A stretch of 64,000 nucleotides of DNA from Oceanispirochaeta sp. Its GTDB lineage: Bacteria > Spirochaetota > Spirochaetia > DSM-2461. The notes below the pieces were generated by a model. The model saw only the letters and a list, made by a program, of their open reading frames with translations. It did no database searches and was not told the origin of the DNA. Of the stretch, positions 8,825 to 19,179 are shown piece by piece. The position numbers and the translations under genes were made by a program. Location: positions 2,048,001-2,112,000 of the forward strand of contig CAXXOA010000001.1 of NCBI GenBank assembly GCA_963666275.2, in the 5' to 3' direction. Positions within the stretch are counted from its first letter, which is position 1; each line of letters starts with the position of its first letter.

Positions 8825-9868
8825 TCATTCGTCCTGAATTTCCACCCTGGGATTATGGGAAAAATCCCAGTCGAAAATATAGATTTTGCTATTGGAGGCC
8901 GTTTTAATAATCAGATCGGCTTTTGTGATATCAGCTGTTAAAAGATACTGGATCTCCTCCTGAGAACGCAGGATCTTTCCATCAAGGACCTCTACTCTGT
9001 TTCCGCTTTCCTGATCCATAATATAGATTTCTTTCAGCTCTTCGGTTGTGGAATTTTTAAAAACGAGGGATTTATTTTCCCAGTCTTTGACACGGTCGGA
9101 ATCATAAAAAACAAGAAAGTCACTATCTGAAGAACCATCCAGTGCTTTTTTGAATTCCAGATTATCCGCACTCTTGAGGACTACCTCATATTCCACATCC
9201 GGATCCATAACCAGTTCCAGAGTCAGGCTTTCCTGCGGCCCCAGCACCCTGCCTTCCAGCAGGTTGATCTCCTCTTCCGGACTAAACGGCGTTTCTCCGG
9301 GGGAATCTCCGGGCGGGTCCATCCCTGTTTCTGTAAAGTCAGAAACAGGATGGCAGTAGATTCTGAAAATTCTGTAGTTGGTATAGTTGAAAAGCTCTAC
9401 TTCCGTTTTGAACTGATTTTCCGGTGACTCTTCATCCACAAATGCGTATTCGGTCCTTTCAAAAAAATCAGCACCGTAGACAGCATCGGGATTGTCCATA
9501 TCGTTATAGATATCCATCTCTTCCTGATAGTGCTCGGGAAGAATATAAACAACCGAATGTTCTTCTATAGCCACATTTTCAATGACATAATTTTCGTTGG
9601 CAATTCCAAACAGATAAAAGCTGCAGAATATGAGGTCCTCGGTAGTGCTTATGTGAATATTGTGTCTGGCTCCGGGCTCAAGTCCGGTCAGGCCGAAGTT
9701 GTAATAGTAGTTGGTCTCTTCCTGATCTGTTTCAATCAGAATTTCCTGAAATATGGTTTTCCCCCGGTTCAGGATAGAAAAATCCAGTGCCGTCAGGGAC
9801 GGCACCGGTATAAAAAGAATAATGAGTCCAATAATTCCCGTGTTTAATATTTTCCGTACTCTTTTCAT
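8825..9868 (-). CDS. Hypothetical secreted acidic protein with two related beta-rich modules
   Basis: Signal peptide-like N-terminus; repeated F.N.T...I..IY...L.G..L..QE pattern. Confidence 0.7.
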   Translation of the reverse strand: MKRVRKILNTGIIGLIILFIPVPSLTALDFSILNRGKTIFQEILIETDQEETNYYYNFGLTGLEPGARHNIHISTTEDLIFCSFYLFGIANENYVIENVAIEEHSVVYILPEHYQEEMDIYNDMDNPDAVYGADFFERTEYAFVDEESPENQFKTEVELFNYTNYRIFRIYCHPVSDFTETGMDPPGDSPGETPFSPEEEINLLEGRVLGPQESLTLELVMDPDVEYEVVLKSADNLEFKKALDGSSDSDFLVFYDSDRVKDWENKSLVFKNSTTEELKEIYIMDQESGNRVEVLDGKILRSQEEIQYLLTADITKADLIIKTASNSKIYIFDWDFSHNPRVEIQDE

Positions 9869-9907
9869 ATTTCCGGCAGTCCCGGGATTCTCCCGGGAAA
9901 TTGCGAA

Positions 9908-10252
9908 TCAGCCCGGAGGCCAGCTCATCTGCCGTTCTCCTAAAATATGGGCATGCAGATATTCCACAGTCTGCTGACCGTTTTTTCCGCAGTTCAAAAC
10001 AATTCTGTAACCGCCCTGATCCAGGTCCAGAGAACTGGCAACCCGGGAAACTGACTGAAAGAACACACCTGTGTCCTGAACGTCCCCGTCCTGAAGTTCA
10101 ATAAAGTTCTGCACTTTCTTTCTGGGAATAACAATCACATGCACTGGAGCCTGCGGATTGATATCCCGGAATGCCATAACATTATCATCTTCATACACAA
10201 TATCTGCCGGAGCTTCTCCGGCCAGGATCTTATCAAAAATAGTAACTTCCAT
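9908..10252 (-). CDS. hinT: Histidine triad nucleotide-binding protein
   Basis: TIFDKI, AFRDINPQAPVH, GQQTVEYLHAHILG, WPPG. Confidence 0.9.
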   Translation of the reverse strand: MEVTIFDKILAGEAPADIVYEDDNVMAFRDINPQAPVHVIVIPRKKVQNFIELQDGDVQDTGVFFQSVSRVASSLDLDQGGYRIVLNCGKNGQQTVEYLHAHILGERQMSWPPG

Positions 10253-10323
10253 ACATGTCTCCCGGTTAGGCTATTTTCATATGATCAAAATAATACAATC
10301 AATTTATCAAGCCGTCCAGAGTC

Positions 10324-12609
10324 TCATGAACATTTACTCCAGCCGCATTCAGGACAGGTAACACAGCCGTCACGGAATACCAGTTTGCCATCGCACTCCT
10401 CACATTTGGACTCACCGGCGATAACCTCTTCTCCGTCAAATATATATTTTTTAAGAACCCGGGAGATCACACGCTCAAAGTCTGCAAAATTGGTATCTTT
10501 TGTGAGCTGCTCAATAACAAACTGAAGTGGTGTTCCATGACGGAGGGCCATGGAAATGAACCTGGCAAGAGAGCTGTTGGGCGAGTCGAAAGTTCTTGTA
10601 AAGTCTTTCAGCTTGGCTTCAACGGGACCGGACTCGATCAGAAGATCATAACGGCCTTTTCCCGCCTTTCTCACAATACCGTCAGGGTATTTTTTCAGGT
10701 CTATCAGATCCTGGGGATCATCAACCACAAAGATTTCATACAGGCTTCCGTTGAGGATTCCCACAATGACAATGAACTTCTTTCCTTTCACCTTGATCTG
10801 ATGGATTTCACAGGGGAGATCAACCGGTCTTTCCGGTGCCAGAACACGTTTGATGGTCTGGCTGTCTTTTTTGTCAGAGTACTCCAGTATCCCTTTCATG
10901 CTTCCGTCGGGGTTGAAGGTAGTGAACCCTTTCAGTCCCTTCTTGTAGGCATACATGTAGAGGTCTTTGTATTCATCGAATGTAGTTCCCGGAGGCAGGT
11001 TGAGAGTTTTCGAGATACTGTGGTCAATATATTTCTGAAAGACAGCCTGCATATCAATAGCCTGCCTGGGATTAATATTCATTGTGGTAATGAAATAATC
11101 GGGAACGGAAACTTCTTCCTCTTCGTTATCGTGCATTTCCAGGTATTTCAGCCAGGCGTAGTCATAGACGGTTTCTGATTTTGTCTCATCCTCCAGTCCG
11201 GTGCGGACATTCCTGTCGTACTGGAGGGCGAAGATCGGCTCGATTCCGGAAGAGCAGTTCTGCCCCACCGAAAGAGAGGTAGTTCCTGTAGGAGCAATGG
11301 TATTGAGCTGGATATTCCTCATACCGAAGCGGGAAATCTTCTCTCTGATCTCTTCGGGAAGAGTCATTATAAAATTCGCCTTCAGGAGTTTTTCAATATC
11401 ACAGGCGGGAAATGCGCCCTTCTCTTCGGCCAGATCTGCCGTTGCCGCATAGGAAGTATCCCTCAGAGCCTTTCCGATCTTATCAGCCAGAGCAAGAGAC
11501 TCTTCGCCGCCATAGGGAATCTGAAGCATGGCGAATGTATCGCCCAGAGCGGTGAAACCCAGACCGATCCGTCTCCACTGTTTGGAAAAAGTTTCAATCT
11601 TCTCCAGAGGATACTCGGTTCTCTCAAGAACATTATCCAGGAACCGGACGCCCAGGCCGACGGTTTCCTGGAACCCTTCAAAATCAAATTCCGCCTTATC
11701 TGTAAAGGGATTGGACACAAATTTGGAAAGGTTTACAGCAGATAGGCAGCAAAGAGAATAGGAGGGCATAACAAGCTCTCCGCAGGGATTCACCCTGTCC
11801 ATCTGAAAGGCCCAGTAACCGTTGTTGAATTTTTCCACATGATCTTTATTGAAGATTCCCGGTTCATTGTGGATATAGGAGTTTTTGGCAAGCAGGTCAT
11901 AGAGATAGCGGGCTTTTACAGTTTTGTATATTCTGCCGTCAAACTCCAGGTTCCAGTCCAGGTCTTTTTCTACAGCGTCAATGAACTTATCAGAGATCTT
12001 TACAGAAATATTAAACTGGGTAAGCTCCTTGTTCCTGTCCCCCTGTTTGACGGTGATGAACTCTTCGATGTCGGGGTGAGAGATATCAAGAAGAGCAATA
12101 TGGGCTGACCGTCTCTGGCCGCCGGTCATAATGGTTTTTGCCGACTGGTCGAAAATCCTCAGAAAAGAGATAACACCCGAAGAGTTGCCCCCTTTGGAAA
12201 GGACATCCCCTTTGGGACGGAGCTTGGAAATATCAAATCCCACACCTCCTCCCATCTTGCTGATCATGGCATCCTCTTTCAGAGAATCATAGATTCCCAC
12301 CATGGAATCCTGAATATCAATGGTAAAACAGTTGTTGTAGTTTTTCATGGGACTGTCAGGTCTTGCATTGGCAAGTATTCTTCCTGCGGGAATCAGTTTT
12401 CCCTCAATGAGCTGACTGAAAAACTTCTCTTCAATCTCTGTTCTTATCTCTTTCTTTTCGGGTGAGGCGATCTCCCGGGCAATTCCTCTGAAAACCTCTT
12501 CCGGGCCTTTTTCACCCTGCAGCATATATTTAGTGGTAAATATTTCTTCGCTTAACTTCTGTTCCCATTTGAACTCGACCATTTTCTTCTCTCCTGTTTG
12601 ATCTGCCAT
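10324..12609 (-). CDS. nrdJ: Class II adenosylcobalamin-dependent ribonucleotide reductase
   Basis: NCF, GGGVG, NPCGE, RRIGLG, TIAPTGT, SISKT, C-terminal Cys cluster CEEC..CVTCPECGWSKC; alternative start 12582. Confidence 0.9.
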   Translation of the reverse strand: MADQTGEKKMVEFKWEQKLSEEIFTTKYMLQGEKGPEEVFRGIAREIASPEKKEIRTEIEEKFFSQLIEGKLIPAGRILANARPDSPMKNYNNCFTIDIQDSMVGIYDSLKEDAMISKMGGGVGFDISKLRPKGDVLSKGGNSSGVISFLRIFDQSAKTIMTGGQRRSAHIALLDISHPDIEEFITVKQGDRNKELTQFNISVKISDKFIDAVEKDLDWNLEFDGRIYKTVKARYLYDLLAKNSYIHNEPGIFNKDHVEKFNNGYWAFQMDRVNPCGELVMPSYSLCCLSAVNLSKFVSNPFTDKAEFDFEGFQETVGLGVRFLDNVLERTEYPLEKIETFSKQWRRIGLGFTALGDTFAMLQIPYGGEESLALADKIGKALRDTSYAATADLAEEKGAFPACDIEKLLKANFIMTLPEEIREKISRFGMRNIQLNTIAPTGTTSLSVGQNCSSGIEPIFALQYDRNVRTGLEDETKSETVYDYAWLKYLEMHDNEEEEVSVPDYFITTMNINPRQAIDMQAVFQKYIDHSISKTLNLPPGTTFDEYKDLYMYAYKKGLKGFTTFNPDGSMKGILEYSDKKDSQTIKRVLAPERPVDLPCEIHQIKVKGKKFIVIVGILNGSLYEIFVVDDPQDLIDLKKYPDGIVRKAGKGRYDLLIESGPVEAKLKDFTRTFDSPNSSLARFISMALRHGTPLQFVIEQLTKDTNFADFERVISRVLKKYIFDGEEVIAGESKCEECDGKLVFRDGCVTCPECGWSKCS

Positions 12610-12732
12610 ACCGTAATGTCTTCGCGGTTTTAAACTCTTTCCGGGAGAAATCCGGAATAACTGAGTAAATGGCTATTATTTATTAGTCAGTAGAAATATT
12701 AATAATACAGGTTCTGCAAAAATTCAAGCACA

Positions 12733-12748
12733 ACCCCATATATTGTGT
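12733..12748. promoter_or_regulatory. NrdR-box-like operator upstream of nrdJ
   Basis: ACCCCATATATTGTGT closely matches the NrdR consensus acaCwAtATaTwGtgt. Confidence 0.65.
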
Positions 12749-12890
12749 GATTTTTTCACTTTCAAAAATTATTAACGCTAAATAACATTTAAAGCTCCTG
12801 GGGGTTTTATCTATACGGGGTGGGGAAATACACATTGATTATCCCTTCCGGTTTATGGTAAGATCCATAAGGAATTCAACAGGAGATTTT

Positions 12891-14921
12891 ATGGCCTCTC
12901 AGAAGATTAGAAATATTGGCATCATGGCTCATATTGATGCAGGAAAAACAACAACAACAGAAAGAATCCTATTTTACACGGGAAAAAGTCACAGAATCGG
13001 CGAAGTCGATGAGGGCAGTGCTACCATGGACTGGATGGAACAGGAGCAGAACAGGGGTATTACCATTGTTTCCGCAGCCACCACCTGTTACTGGCAGGAT
13101 CATCAGATCAACATAATAGACACTCCCGGCCATGTGGATTTCACAGCCGAAGTAGAGCGTTCCCTGAGAGTTCTGGACGGAGCGGTAGCGGTATTCTGCG
13201 CCGTTGGCGGTGTGGAACCCCAGTCAGAGACAGTATGGCATCAGGCCGATAAATATCAGGTTCCCAGAGTCGCTTTTATCAATAAAATGGACCGGATCGG
13301 GGCGGACTACTTCGAGGTTGTCAAAGAGATAGAGGAGAAGCTCAAGGGCAATCCCATCCCCGTTCAGATTCCCATGGGAGCGGAATCCGCCTATGAAGGC
13401 AATATAGACCTGATTAGAATGCAGGAAATACACTGGAACCCCGACAATCAGGGAACCACCTTCGAATACAGGGAAATCCGTGACGGATACAGGGAGCTGG
13501 CAGACAGCTGGAGAGAGAATCTCATAGATAAACTTTCCGCCTATTCCGATGAAATGACCGAACTCTACCTGGAAGGTCAGGATGTACCGGAAGAGCTGAT
13601 TGCAAAGGTTCTGCGCGATGAAACAATCAATCAGAATATCCTTCCTGTTTTTGTGGGATCTTCTCTGAAGAACAAGGGAGTTCAGCCGGTTCTTGATGCG
13701 GTTGTCTCCTATCTGCCCGCTCCGGAGGATCTTCCCCCTGTAAAATGCCTCCATACGAAAAAAGAAGAATATATTGAGCTTGAACGTTCTGAAAGCGGCC
13801 CTCTGGCAGGACTTATTTTTAAAATCCAGCAGGACAAGGAAGCCGGTTCGCTCTGTTATGTCAGAATCTATTCGGGAGAACTGAAATCCGGTACTGCCAT
13901 AATGAATATCAACAAGAAAAAGCGGGAAAGAGCCAACAGACTTCTCCGGATGCACTCCAATCATCACGAGCAGATCAGCAAGGTATCCGCAGGTGATATC
14001 TGTGTGATTGTTGGAATGAAACTGGCTCAGACAGGAGAAACCATCGGAAGCGAGGGATACCCCGTCCTGCTGGAGGAAATGGACTTTCCCGAGCCTGTCA
14101 TTTCCGTTGCGATTGAACCGAAAACCATGAGCGATCAGGATAAGCTGCGCAATGTGCTGGATACTCTTCAGAAAGAGGATCCCACTTTTAAAGTAGCGGA
14201 GAATGAAGAGACCGGACAGCTTATCATTTCAGGAATGGGAGAGCTTCATATCGACGTTCTTGTCACCAGAATCATCAATGATTATAAAGTCGCGGCCAAC
14301 ATAGGGAACCCCCAGGTTTCCTACAGGGAATCGATCACACAGACTGTTACCCACAAGGAAGAATTTCACAGGCAGCTGGCGGGTAAGGAAAATGATGCTG
14401 TGATCACTCTGAAAGTGGAACCTCTCCCCCGGGGAGAAGGAAAACTGTTTGTCAGTGAAGTGAGCAAGGGAAAACTGCCGGCGGAACTGCAGAAGGCTGT
14501 CGAAAGGGGTGTCCTGAACGCCATGCAGTCGGGAACTCTGATGGGTTACGCCACCATAGATATCAAAGCCACCCTTGTGGATGCCCAGTACAACGAGCTG
14601 ACATCCACCGAACTGGCCTTTGAAACTGCCGGTGCCCTGGGATTCGACAATGCCTGCAGGACAGCCTCTCCTGTGCTTCTCGAACCCATCATGCATGTGG
14701 ATATTATGTGTCCCTCCGAATACGTGGGCGATGTAATCAGCCAGCTGACCCAGCGGGGGGGAATGGTGAATTCCATGGAATCCCGGCCGGCCTATGAGCT
14801 TGTAAAAGCCCAGGCGCCCCTGGTCAGCATGTTCGGCTACACAACCTCTCTGAGAAGTCAGACCCAGGGGCGGGGAACTTTCTCCATGGAATTTTCCCAC
14901 TTTGCCATGAAATCCCAATAA
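12891..14921 (+). CDS. fusA: Elongation factor G paralogue with canonical G domain and divergent domain IV (EF-G2/recycling type)
   Basis: [29 protein letters not shown] 12891 behind AGGAG. Confidence 0.9.
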   Translation: MASQKIRNIGIMAHIDAGKTTTTERILFYTGKSHRIGEVDEGSATMDWMEQEQNRGITIVSAATTCYWQDHQINIIDTPGHVDFTAEVERSLRVLDGAVAVFCAVGGVEPQSETVWHQADKYQVPRVAFINKMDRIGADYFEVVKEIEEKLKGNPIPVQIPMGAESAYEGNIDLIRMQEIHWNPDNQGTTFEYREIRDGYRELADSWRENLIDKLSAYSDEMTELYLEGQDVPEELIAKVLRDETINQNILPVFVGSSLKNKGVQPVLDAVVSYLPAPEDLPPVKCLHTKKEEYIELERSESGPLAGLIFKIQQDKEAGSLCYVRIYSGELKSGTAIMNINKKKRERANRLLRMHSNHHEQISKVSAGDICVIVGMKLAQTGETIGSEGYPVLLEEMDFPEPVISVAIEPKTMSDQDKLRNVLDTLQKEDPTFKVAENEETGQLIISGMGELHIDVLVTRIINDYKVAANIGNPQVSYRESITQTVTHKEEFHRQLAGKENDAVITLKVEPLPRGEGKLFVSEVSKGKLPAELQKAVERGVLNAMQSGTLMGYATIDIKATLVDAQYNELTSTELAFETAGALGFDNACRTASPVLLEPIMHVDIMCPSEYVGDVISQLTQRGGMVNSMESRPAYELVKAQAPLVSMFGYTTSLRSQTQGRGTFSMEFSHFAMKSQ

Positions 14922-14981
14922 GAGCTTTTTCTCCCTGCAGAGAGGAAGCGCTATCTTTATATAATTAAAAGAAAAGCGATA

Positions 14982-15013
14982 GGCCGTTCCTGTTTAGGGG
15001 CGGCTTTTTTTTT
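14982..15013 (+). terminator. Terminator after first EF-G gene
   Basis: GGCCGTTCCT-GTTT-AGGGGCGGCT plus T-run. Confidence 0.7.
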
Positions 15014-15066
15014 CGCGGCTCCCCGGGAATACCAGTTCCGGCGTAAGAGAAAAAAGTGTTTTTTAT

Positions 15067-15096
15067 TTGACGGTCTTTCAATTCCGGACCTATGAT
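15067..15096 (+). promoter_or_regulatory. Sigma70 promoter for second EF-G gene
   Basis: TTGACG-N18-TATGAT, 36 nt before ATG 15133. Confidence 0.55.
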
Positions 15097-15132
15097 GGAA
15101 GTATCATTTTATCCATTCAAGGGGGAATTAAG

Positions 15133-17190
15133 ATGGCTTTTACCACCGATACCATCAGAAATATTGCGGTTTGCGGACATGGAGACACCGGTAAAACAAC
15201 TCTGGTTGAACAGATTCTTTTCAATGCCGGTGTCATCAGTAAAGCAGAAACAGTCGACTCGGGCCGAACTGTCAGTGACTTCACAGATGAAGAGATCGAA
15301 AAAAAGATATCTATTCACTCCTCTTTAACGAATGTTACCTGGAAAGATAAAAAAATTAATATTTTTGACACTCCCGGGTCTTCTGACTTTGTGGGAGAAG
15401 TTGTGTCCTCCTTCAGAGCCGCCGAATCGGCTGTGATGCTAATCGGCGCCCGTTCGGGTGTGCAGATCGAAACTGTTAAACTCTGGCGCCGTCTGGATGC
15501 AAGGGATATGCCCCGGATTGCGTTTGTTAACAAGATGGAAAAAACCAGAGCGGATTTCTATAAAGTTCTGGAAGACCTGAAAGAGTTTGAAATAACAGCA
15601 ATTCCGCTTACCATCCCCATGGGACAGGCTGAAGAGTATCAGGGCGTGATTAATCTGATGAATATGAAAGCCTACAGGAAAGATGGCGGAGGACTGGAAG
15701 AAAACGCCATTGATATTCCTGATGAATATAAGGAAATTGCAGAAGAGTACCATCTGAAGATGATTGAAATGGCTGCGGAGGGAGATGATGATCTGACGGA
15801 AAAATATTTCGATCAGGGAACTCTGACCGTAGAAGAAGCCATTCAGGGACTGAGAGAAGGTCTCTTCGACAACCGGTTTGTCCCTGTTTTCTGCGGCAGT
15901 GCCGTAGACAATTCAGGGATCACTCCCCTGATGGATTTCATCGCTCTGGAATCTCCCGCACCGGGCAGAGTCGAAGAGCCCTGTGTCACAGGAGAGAAGT
16001 CCAGAATGGTCTCCCAGGAGGGAGAATTTTCCGGCATTATCTTTAAAACCATGATCGACAAGTTTGCCGGAAAGATGTCATTCATCAAAGTGATAACCGG
16101 AATACTGAAACCGGGAACAGAGGTCTATAACTCCCGGGAGGAAAAGAAAGAGAAGATCAGCAAAATTTTTCTGTGCGAAGGCAAGGAACTCAAGGAGACA
16201 AGCGAAATCTGCGCCGGAGATATTGCTGTGATAACCAAGGTGGAATCACTGAGGACCAACGATACACTCTGCCAGCAGAACGATGTAATCCATTACAAAT
16301 CCCTGGCACTCCCCCACCCTGTCTACTCCCTTGCCATCAATGCGGAGAAACAGAAAGAAGAGGATAAAATGAGTGCACAGCTGCATAAAGTGGCTGAGGA
16401 GGATCTGACCTTTACAATACAGTATAATGAAGAAACTAAAGAGACTGTCATTTCCGGAATGGGAGAACTCCATATCAATATTATTCTGGAAAAGCTGCTT
16501 AAAAACTTTAAGATCAACGTAAACAGAAGAGTTCCCAAAGTTCCTTACCGGGAAACGATCACCGCCCCGGCGGATGCGGAGTACACCCATAAGAAACAGT
16601 CGGGAGGTCACGGTCAGTACGGAAGAGTCTGTATCAGGATTCATCCTCTGGAACGGGGTGAGTTCTTTGCCATGACCAATGACATAAAAGGCGGTTCGAT
16701 CAGCAAAGGCTATATGCCCGGTATTGAAAAAGGTCTCCTCGAAGGTATGGTGGAAGGTTATGTGGCCGGATACCCTCTGAGAGATATAGGAGTTTCCGTC
16801 TATGATGGAAAAGAGCACCCTGTGGATTCATCGGAAATGGCTTTCAAACTGGCTGCAAAACACGCACTGAAAGATGCTGTAGCCAAGGCGAAACCGACCC
16901 TTCTTGAACCCATAATGAATCTGACTGTGTTTGTGGAGGATCAGTTTCTGGGAGATGTTCTTTCGGACCTTTCAACAAAAAGAGGCCGCGTACTGGACCA
17001 GAAAGCGATCGGCGGCGGTATTCAGTCGGTATTGGCCCAGGTTCCCCAGGGGGAACTGATGCGGTACAGCATCGATCTGAAATCCATGACCTCCGGAACC
17101 GGAGCGTTTGAAGTGGAGTTCAGTCATTATGATCCTGTGGCGGGTAAAATTGCCCAGGACATCATTGCCGCCAGGAAAACTGACGAATAG
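15133..17190 (+). CDS. Elongation factor G-like protein (EF-G II subfamily)
   Basis: Altered G1 GHGDTGKTT, switch I KKISI, DTPGSSDF; domain IV KQSGGHGQYG and HPVDSSEMAF. Confidence 0.88.
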   Translation: MAFTTDTIRNIAVCGHGDTGKTTLVEQILFNAGVISKAETVDSGRTVSDFTDEEIEKKISIHSSLTNVTWKDKKINIFDTPGSSDFVGEVVSSFRAAESAVMLIGARSGVQIETVKLWRRLDARDMPRIAFVNKMEKTRADFYKVLEDLKEFEITAIPLTIPMGQAEEYQGVINLMNMKAYRKDGGGLEENAIDIPDEYKEIAEEYHLKMIEMAAEGDDDLTEKYFDQGTLTVEEAIQGLREGLFDNRFVPVFCGSAVDNSGITPLMDFIALESPAPGRVEEPCVTGEKSRMVSQEGEFSGIIFKTMIDKFAGKMSFIKVITGILKPGTEVYNSREEKKEKISKIFLCEGKELKETSEICAGDIAVITKVESLRTNDTLCQQNDVIHYKSLALPHPVYSLAINAEKQKEEDKMSAQLHKVAEEDLTFTIQYNEETKETVISGMGELHINIILEKLLKNFKINVNRRVPKVPYRETITAPADAEYTHKKQSGGHGQYGRVCIRIHPLERGEFFAMTNDIKGGSISKGYMPGIEKGLLEGMVEGYVAGYPLRDIGVSVYDGKEHPVDSSEMAFKLAAKHALKDAVAKAKPTLLEPIMNLTVFVEDQFLGDVLSDLSTKRGRVLDQKAIGGGIQSVLAQVPQGELMRYSIDLKSMTSGTGAFEVEFSHYDPVAGKIAQDIIAARKTDE

Positions 17191-17218
17191 AGTAAGTTTT
17201 CCCGGGAAATAAAAAAGG

Positions 17219-17261
17219 GGCTGTTGCAAAAGTCTGAAAAGACTTTAGTAGCAGCCTTTTT
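17219..17261 (+). terminator. Terminator hairpin formed by IS left end
   Basis: GGCTGTTGCAAAAGTC-TGAAAA-GACTTTAGTAGCAGCC-TTTTT. Confidence 0.7.
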
Positions 17262-17366
17262 CTTTTTTGAATGAATCGAACAAAGCATTTAGACTGCAAA
17301 AAGGGGCCGCAAAGCGACCCCAGCGTGCTACAATTTGTTTAACCACAAACAAATAAAAAGGAGCAC

Positions 17367-18956
17367 GTGGTGAATCTTACAGCATTTTCCCAACATAGAC
17401 AATTATTTCTTGATTTAAACATCTCAATCCCCTTTGAAGTAACAGAACATGAAGCAGCACTTATGATTCTGTTGCAAAACCTAGATTACAGCCAGTTTGA
17501 ACAACCAAAGCAGAAATCAGGACGTCCACGAGCTGTCAATTCATACACAATGATGCTGATTCTTCTGTATGCCAGGATTCATGGCAGGTTTAGTTCGCGA
17601 GATGTAGAACGTTTATGCAAACGAGACCTTTTCCTTTTGCAAATCTTAGGTAATCAGAAAGTCCCAGACCATACGACGTTTGACCGTTTTGTTCATACCC
17701 ATGAGAAAGCCATTGATGAACTATTTTTTCAGATAGTCGTTCGTCTGGATGCATTGGGAGAGCTTAAGAAAGATGTTGTCTATCAAGATGGCACTAAAAT
17801 AGAGTCAAAAGCTGGTCGATATAGTTTTGTCTGGAAGAAAGCGACTAAAAAGAATCTGGAGAAACTCCATAACCATATCCGGAATTTGATTACTGAAGTT
17901 AATGATATTTTCTCCTGGCACTTGGATCCAGGAGATTATCACACCTCATTGAAAATCCTCATAGAGAAGCTTGTTGCAACAGGAGAGCCTCTTTTCCCGA
18001 AGACAACAGGTCGAGGCCACCGAATCACGAGAGTTCAGAAATTCTATCGAGATGCTCTTGTTTTCCTGGAGAAACTGGAAAAGTACAATGAATACCTGAC
18101 TGCCATGAAGGGTAGGAACAGCATGAGTAAAACTGATCCTGATGCCACGTTTATGCGAATGAAAGAGGACTATATGAGGAACGGGCAGCTGAAACCAGCT
18201 TACAACCTTCAAGTACTAGTTGATAGCGGATATGTTGTCGGAGCTCACGCCAGTGACGATCGCACTGACTATGTAACCATGTGTCCTGCACTGGATCATA
18301 TGCATGAACATCTGCCCTGGACATATTCAAAATACTGTGCGGACAGCGGATACGACTGTCAACAAAACTATGAGGCTCTGGAAAAACAGAATATAGAGGC
18401 TTTCATCAAGCCCCAGTTACACGAGCAATCAAAGAAACGAAAATTCAAAAAGGATATCGGAAAGAAAGAAAACATGATTTATGATCCTTCAACCGATCAT
18501 TTCATTTGTGCGAAGGGAAAGAAGCTAAAACTGAAATATGTTCGATCCAGGAAGAATCAATACGGTTATGAAACGACAACACATACATATCGTTGTGAAA
18601 GAGGGTGTAAGAGCTGCTCTCTCCTTTCTTCCTGTATAAAACGAAGTAAGGCAGACTATAAACAGGTACAGATCAACCACAAGCTGTCATCTTATCAAAG
18701 AAGAGCTACTGCTTTGATATCCAGTCCGGAAGGTAAAGAAATCCGTGTTAATAGAAGTATTCAGGCAGAAGGAGTATTTGCTCAGATCAAAGCCAACTGG
18801 TCATTCAGGAGATTTTTACGGGCAGGAAAAACAGGTATCTATACAGAATGGCTATTAGTTTGTCTGGCTATGAATGCTGTTCATTTGGGAAATAGATTAT
18901 CCCGAGATGAAGTTGGTAATCCCTTCTATTATCAGATAAAGGATGAATCAGCATAG
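17367..18956 (+). CDS. IS1182-family DDE transposase
   Basis: SSR..E...PDHTTFDRF, QDGTKIES, SKTDPDATFMRMK...GQLKPAYNLQ, ADSGY, RSIQAEGVFAQIK; GTG start at 17367 or 17370. Confidence 0.92.
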   Translation: MVNLTAFSQHRQLFLDLNISIPFEVTEHEAALMILLQNLDYSQFEQPKQKSGRPRAVNSYTMMLILLYARIHGRFSSRDVERLCKRDLFLLQILGNQKVPDHTTFDRFVHTHEKAIDELFFQIVVRLDALGELKKDVVYQDGTKIESKAGRYSFVWKKATKKNLEKLHNHIRNLITEVNDIFSWHLDPGDYHTSLKILIEKLVATGEPLFPKTTGRGHRITRVQKFYRDALVFLEKLEKYNEYLTAMKGRNSMSKTDPDATFMRMKEDYMRNGQLKPAYNLQVLVDSGYVVGAHASDDRTDYVTMCPALDHMHEHLPWTYSKYCADSGYDCQQNYEALEKQNIEAFIKPQLHEQSKKRKFKKDIGKKENMIYDPSTDHFICAKGKKLKLKYVRSRKNQYGYETTTHTYRCERGCKSCSLLSSCIKRSKADYKQVQINHKLSSYQRRATALISSPEGKEIRVNRSIQAEGVFAQIKANWSFRRFLRAGKTGIYTEWLLVCLAMNAVHLGNRLSRDEVGNPFYYQIKDESA

Positions 18957-19118
18957 CTCTAAATCCATTTTTTAATAGATAATGTATAGTCTCAGGTGCA
19001 TCACATAGGATAAGTGTCAGTAAATTACTAAACAAAATGGGAAATTATCAGAATTTTTATTACCAGAACAGAAGTTGTGATCTAAATAGTGATCAAAATA
19101 AAAAGAATTTGATTAATG

Positions 19119-19168
19119 AAAAAAAGAGGCTGTCGCATTTTTACTTTTGCAACAGCCCCTTTTATTTT
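19119..19168. terminator. Bidirectional terminator formed by IS right end
   Basis: A-run, GGCTGTCGCA...TGCAACAGCC, T-run. Confidence 0.65.
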
Positions 19169-19179
19169 GCCTGTTTCTA

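Larger units (their letters stand above)
17217..19159 (+). mobile_element. IS1182-family insertion sequence
   Basis: Terminal IRs GGGGCTGTTGCAAAAGT (17217-17233) and ACTTTTGCAACAGCCCC (19143-19159), extendable to 21 bp into flanking A/T runs; single transposase; appears more AT-rich than flanks; no clear direct repeat. Confidence 0.88.

Noticed and set aside
12610..12890. Cobalamin riboswitch upstream of nrdJ
   Set aside because: No B12-box or conserved GGGAA/GCCACTG arrangement seen; region is AT-rich promoter DNA
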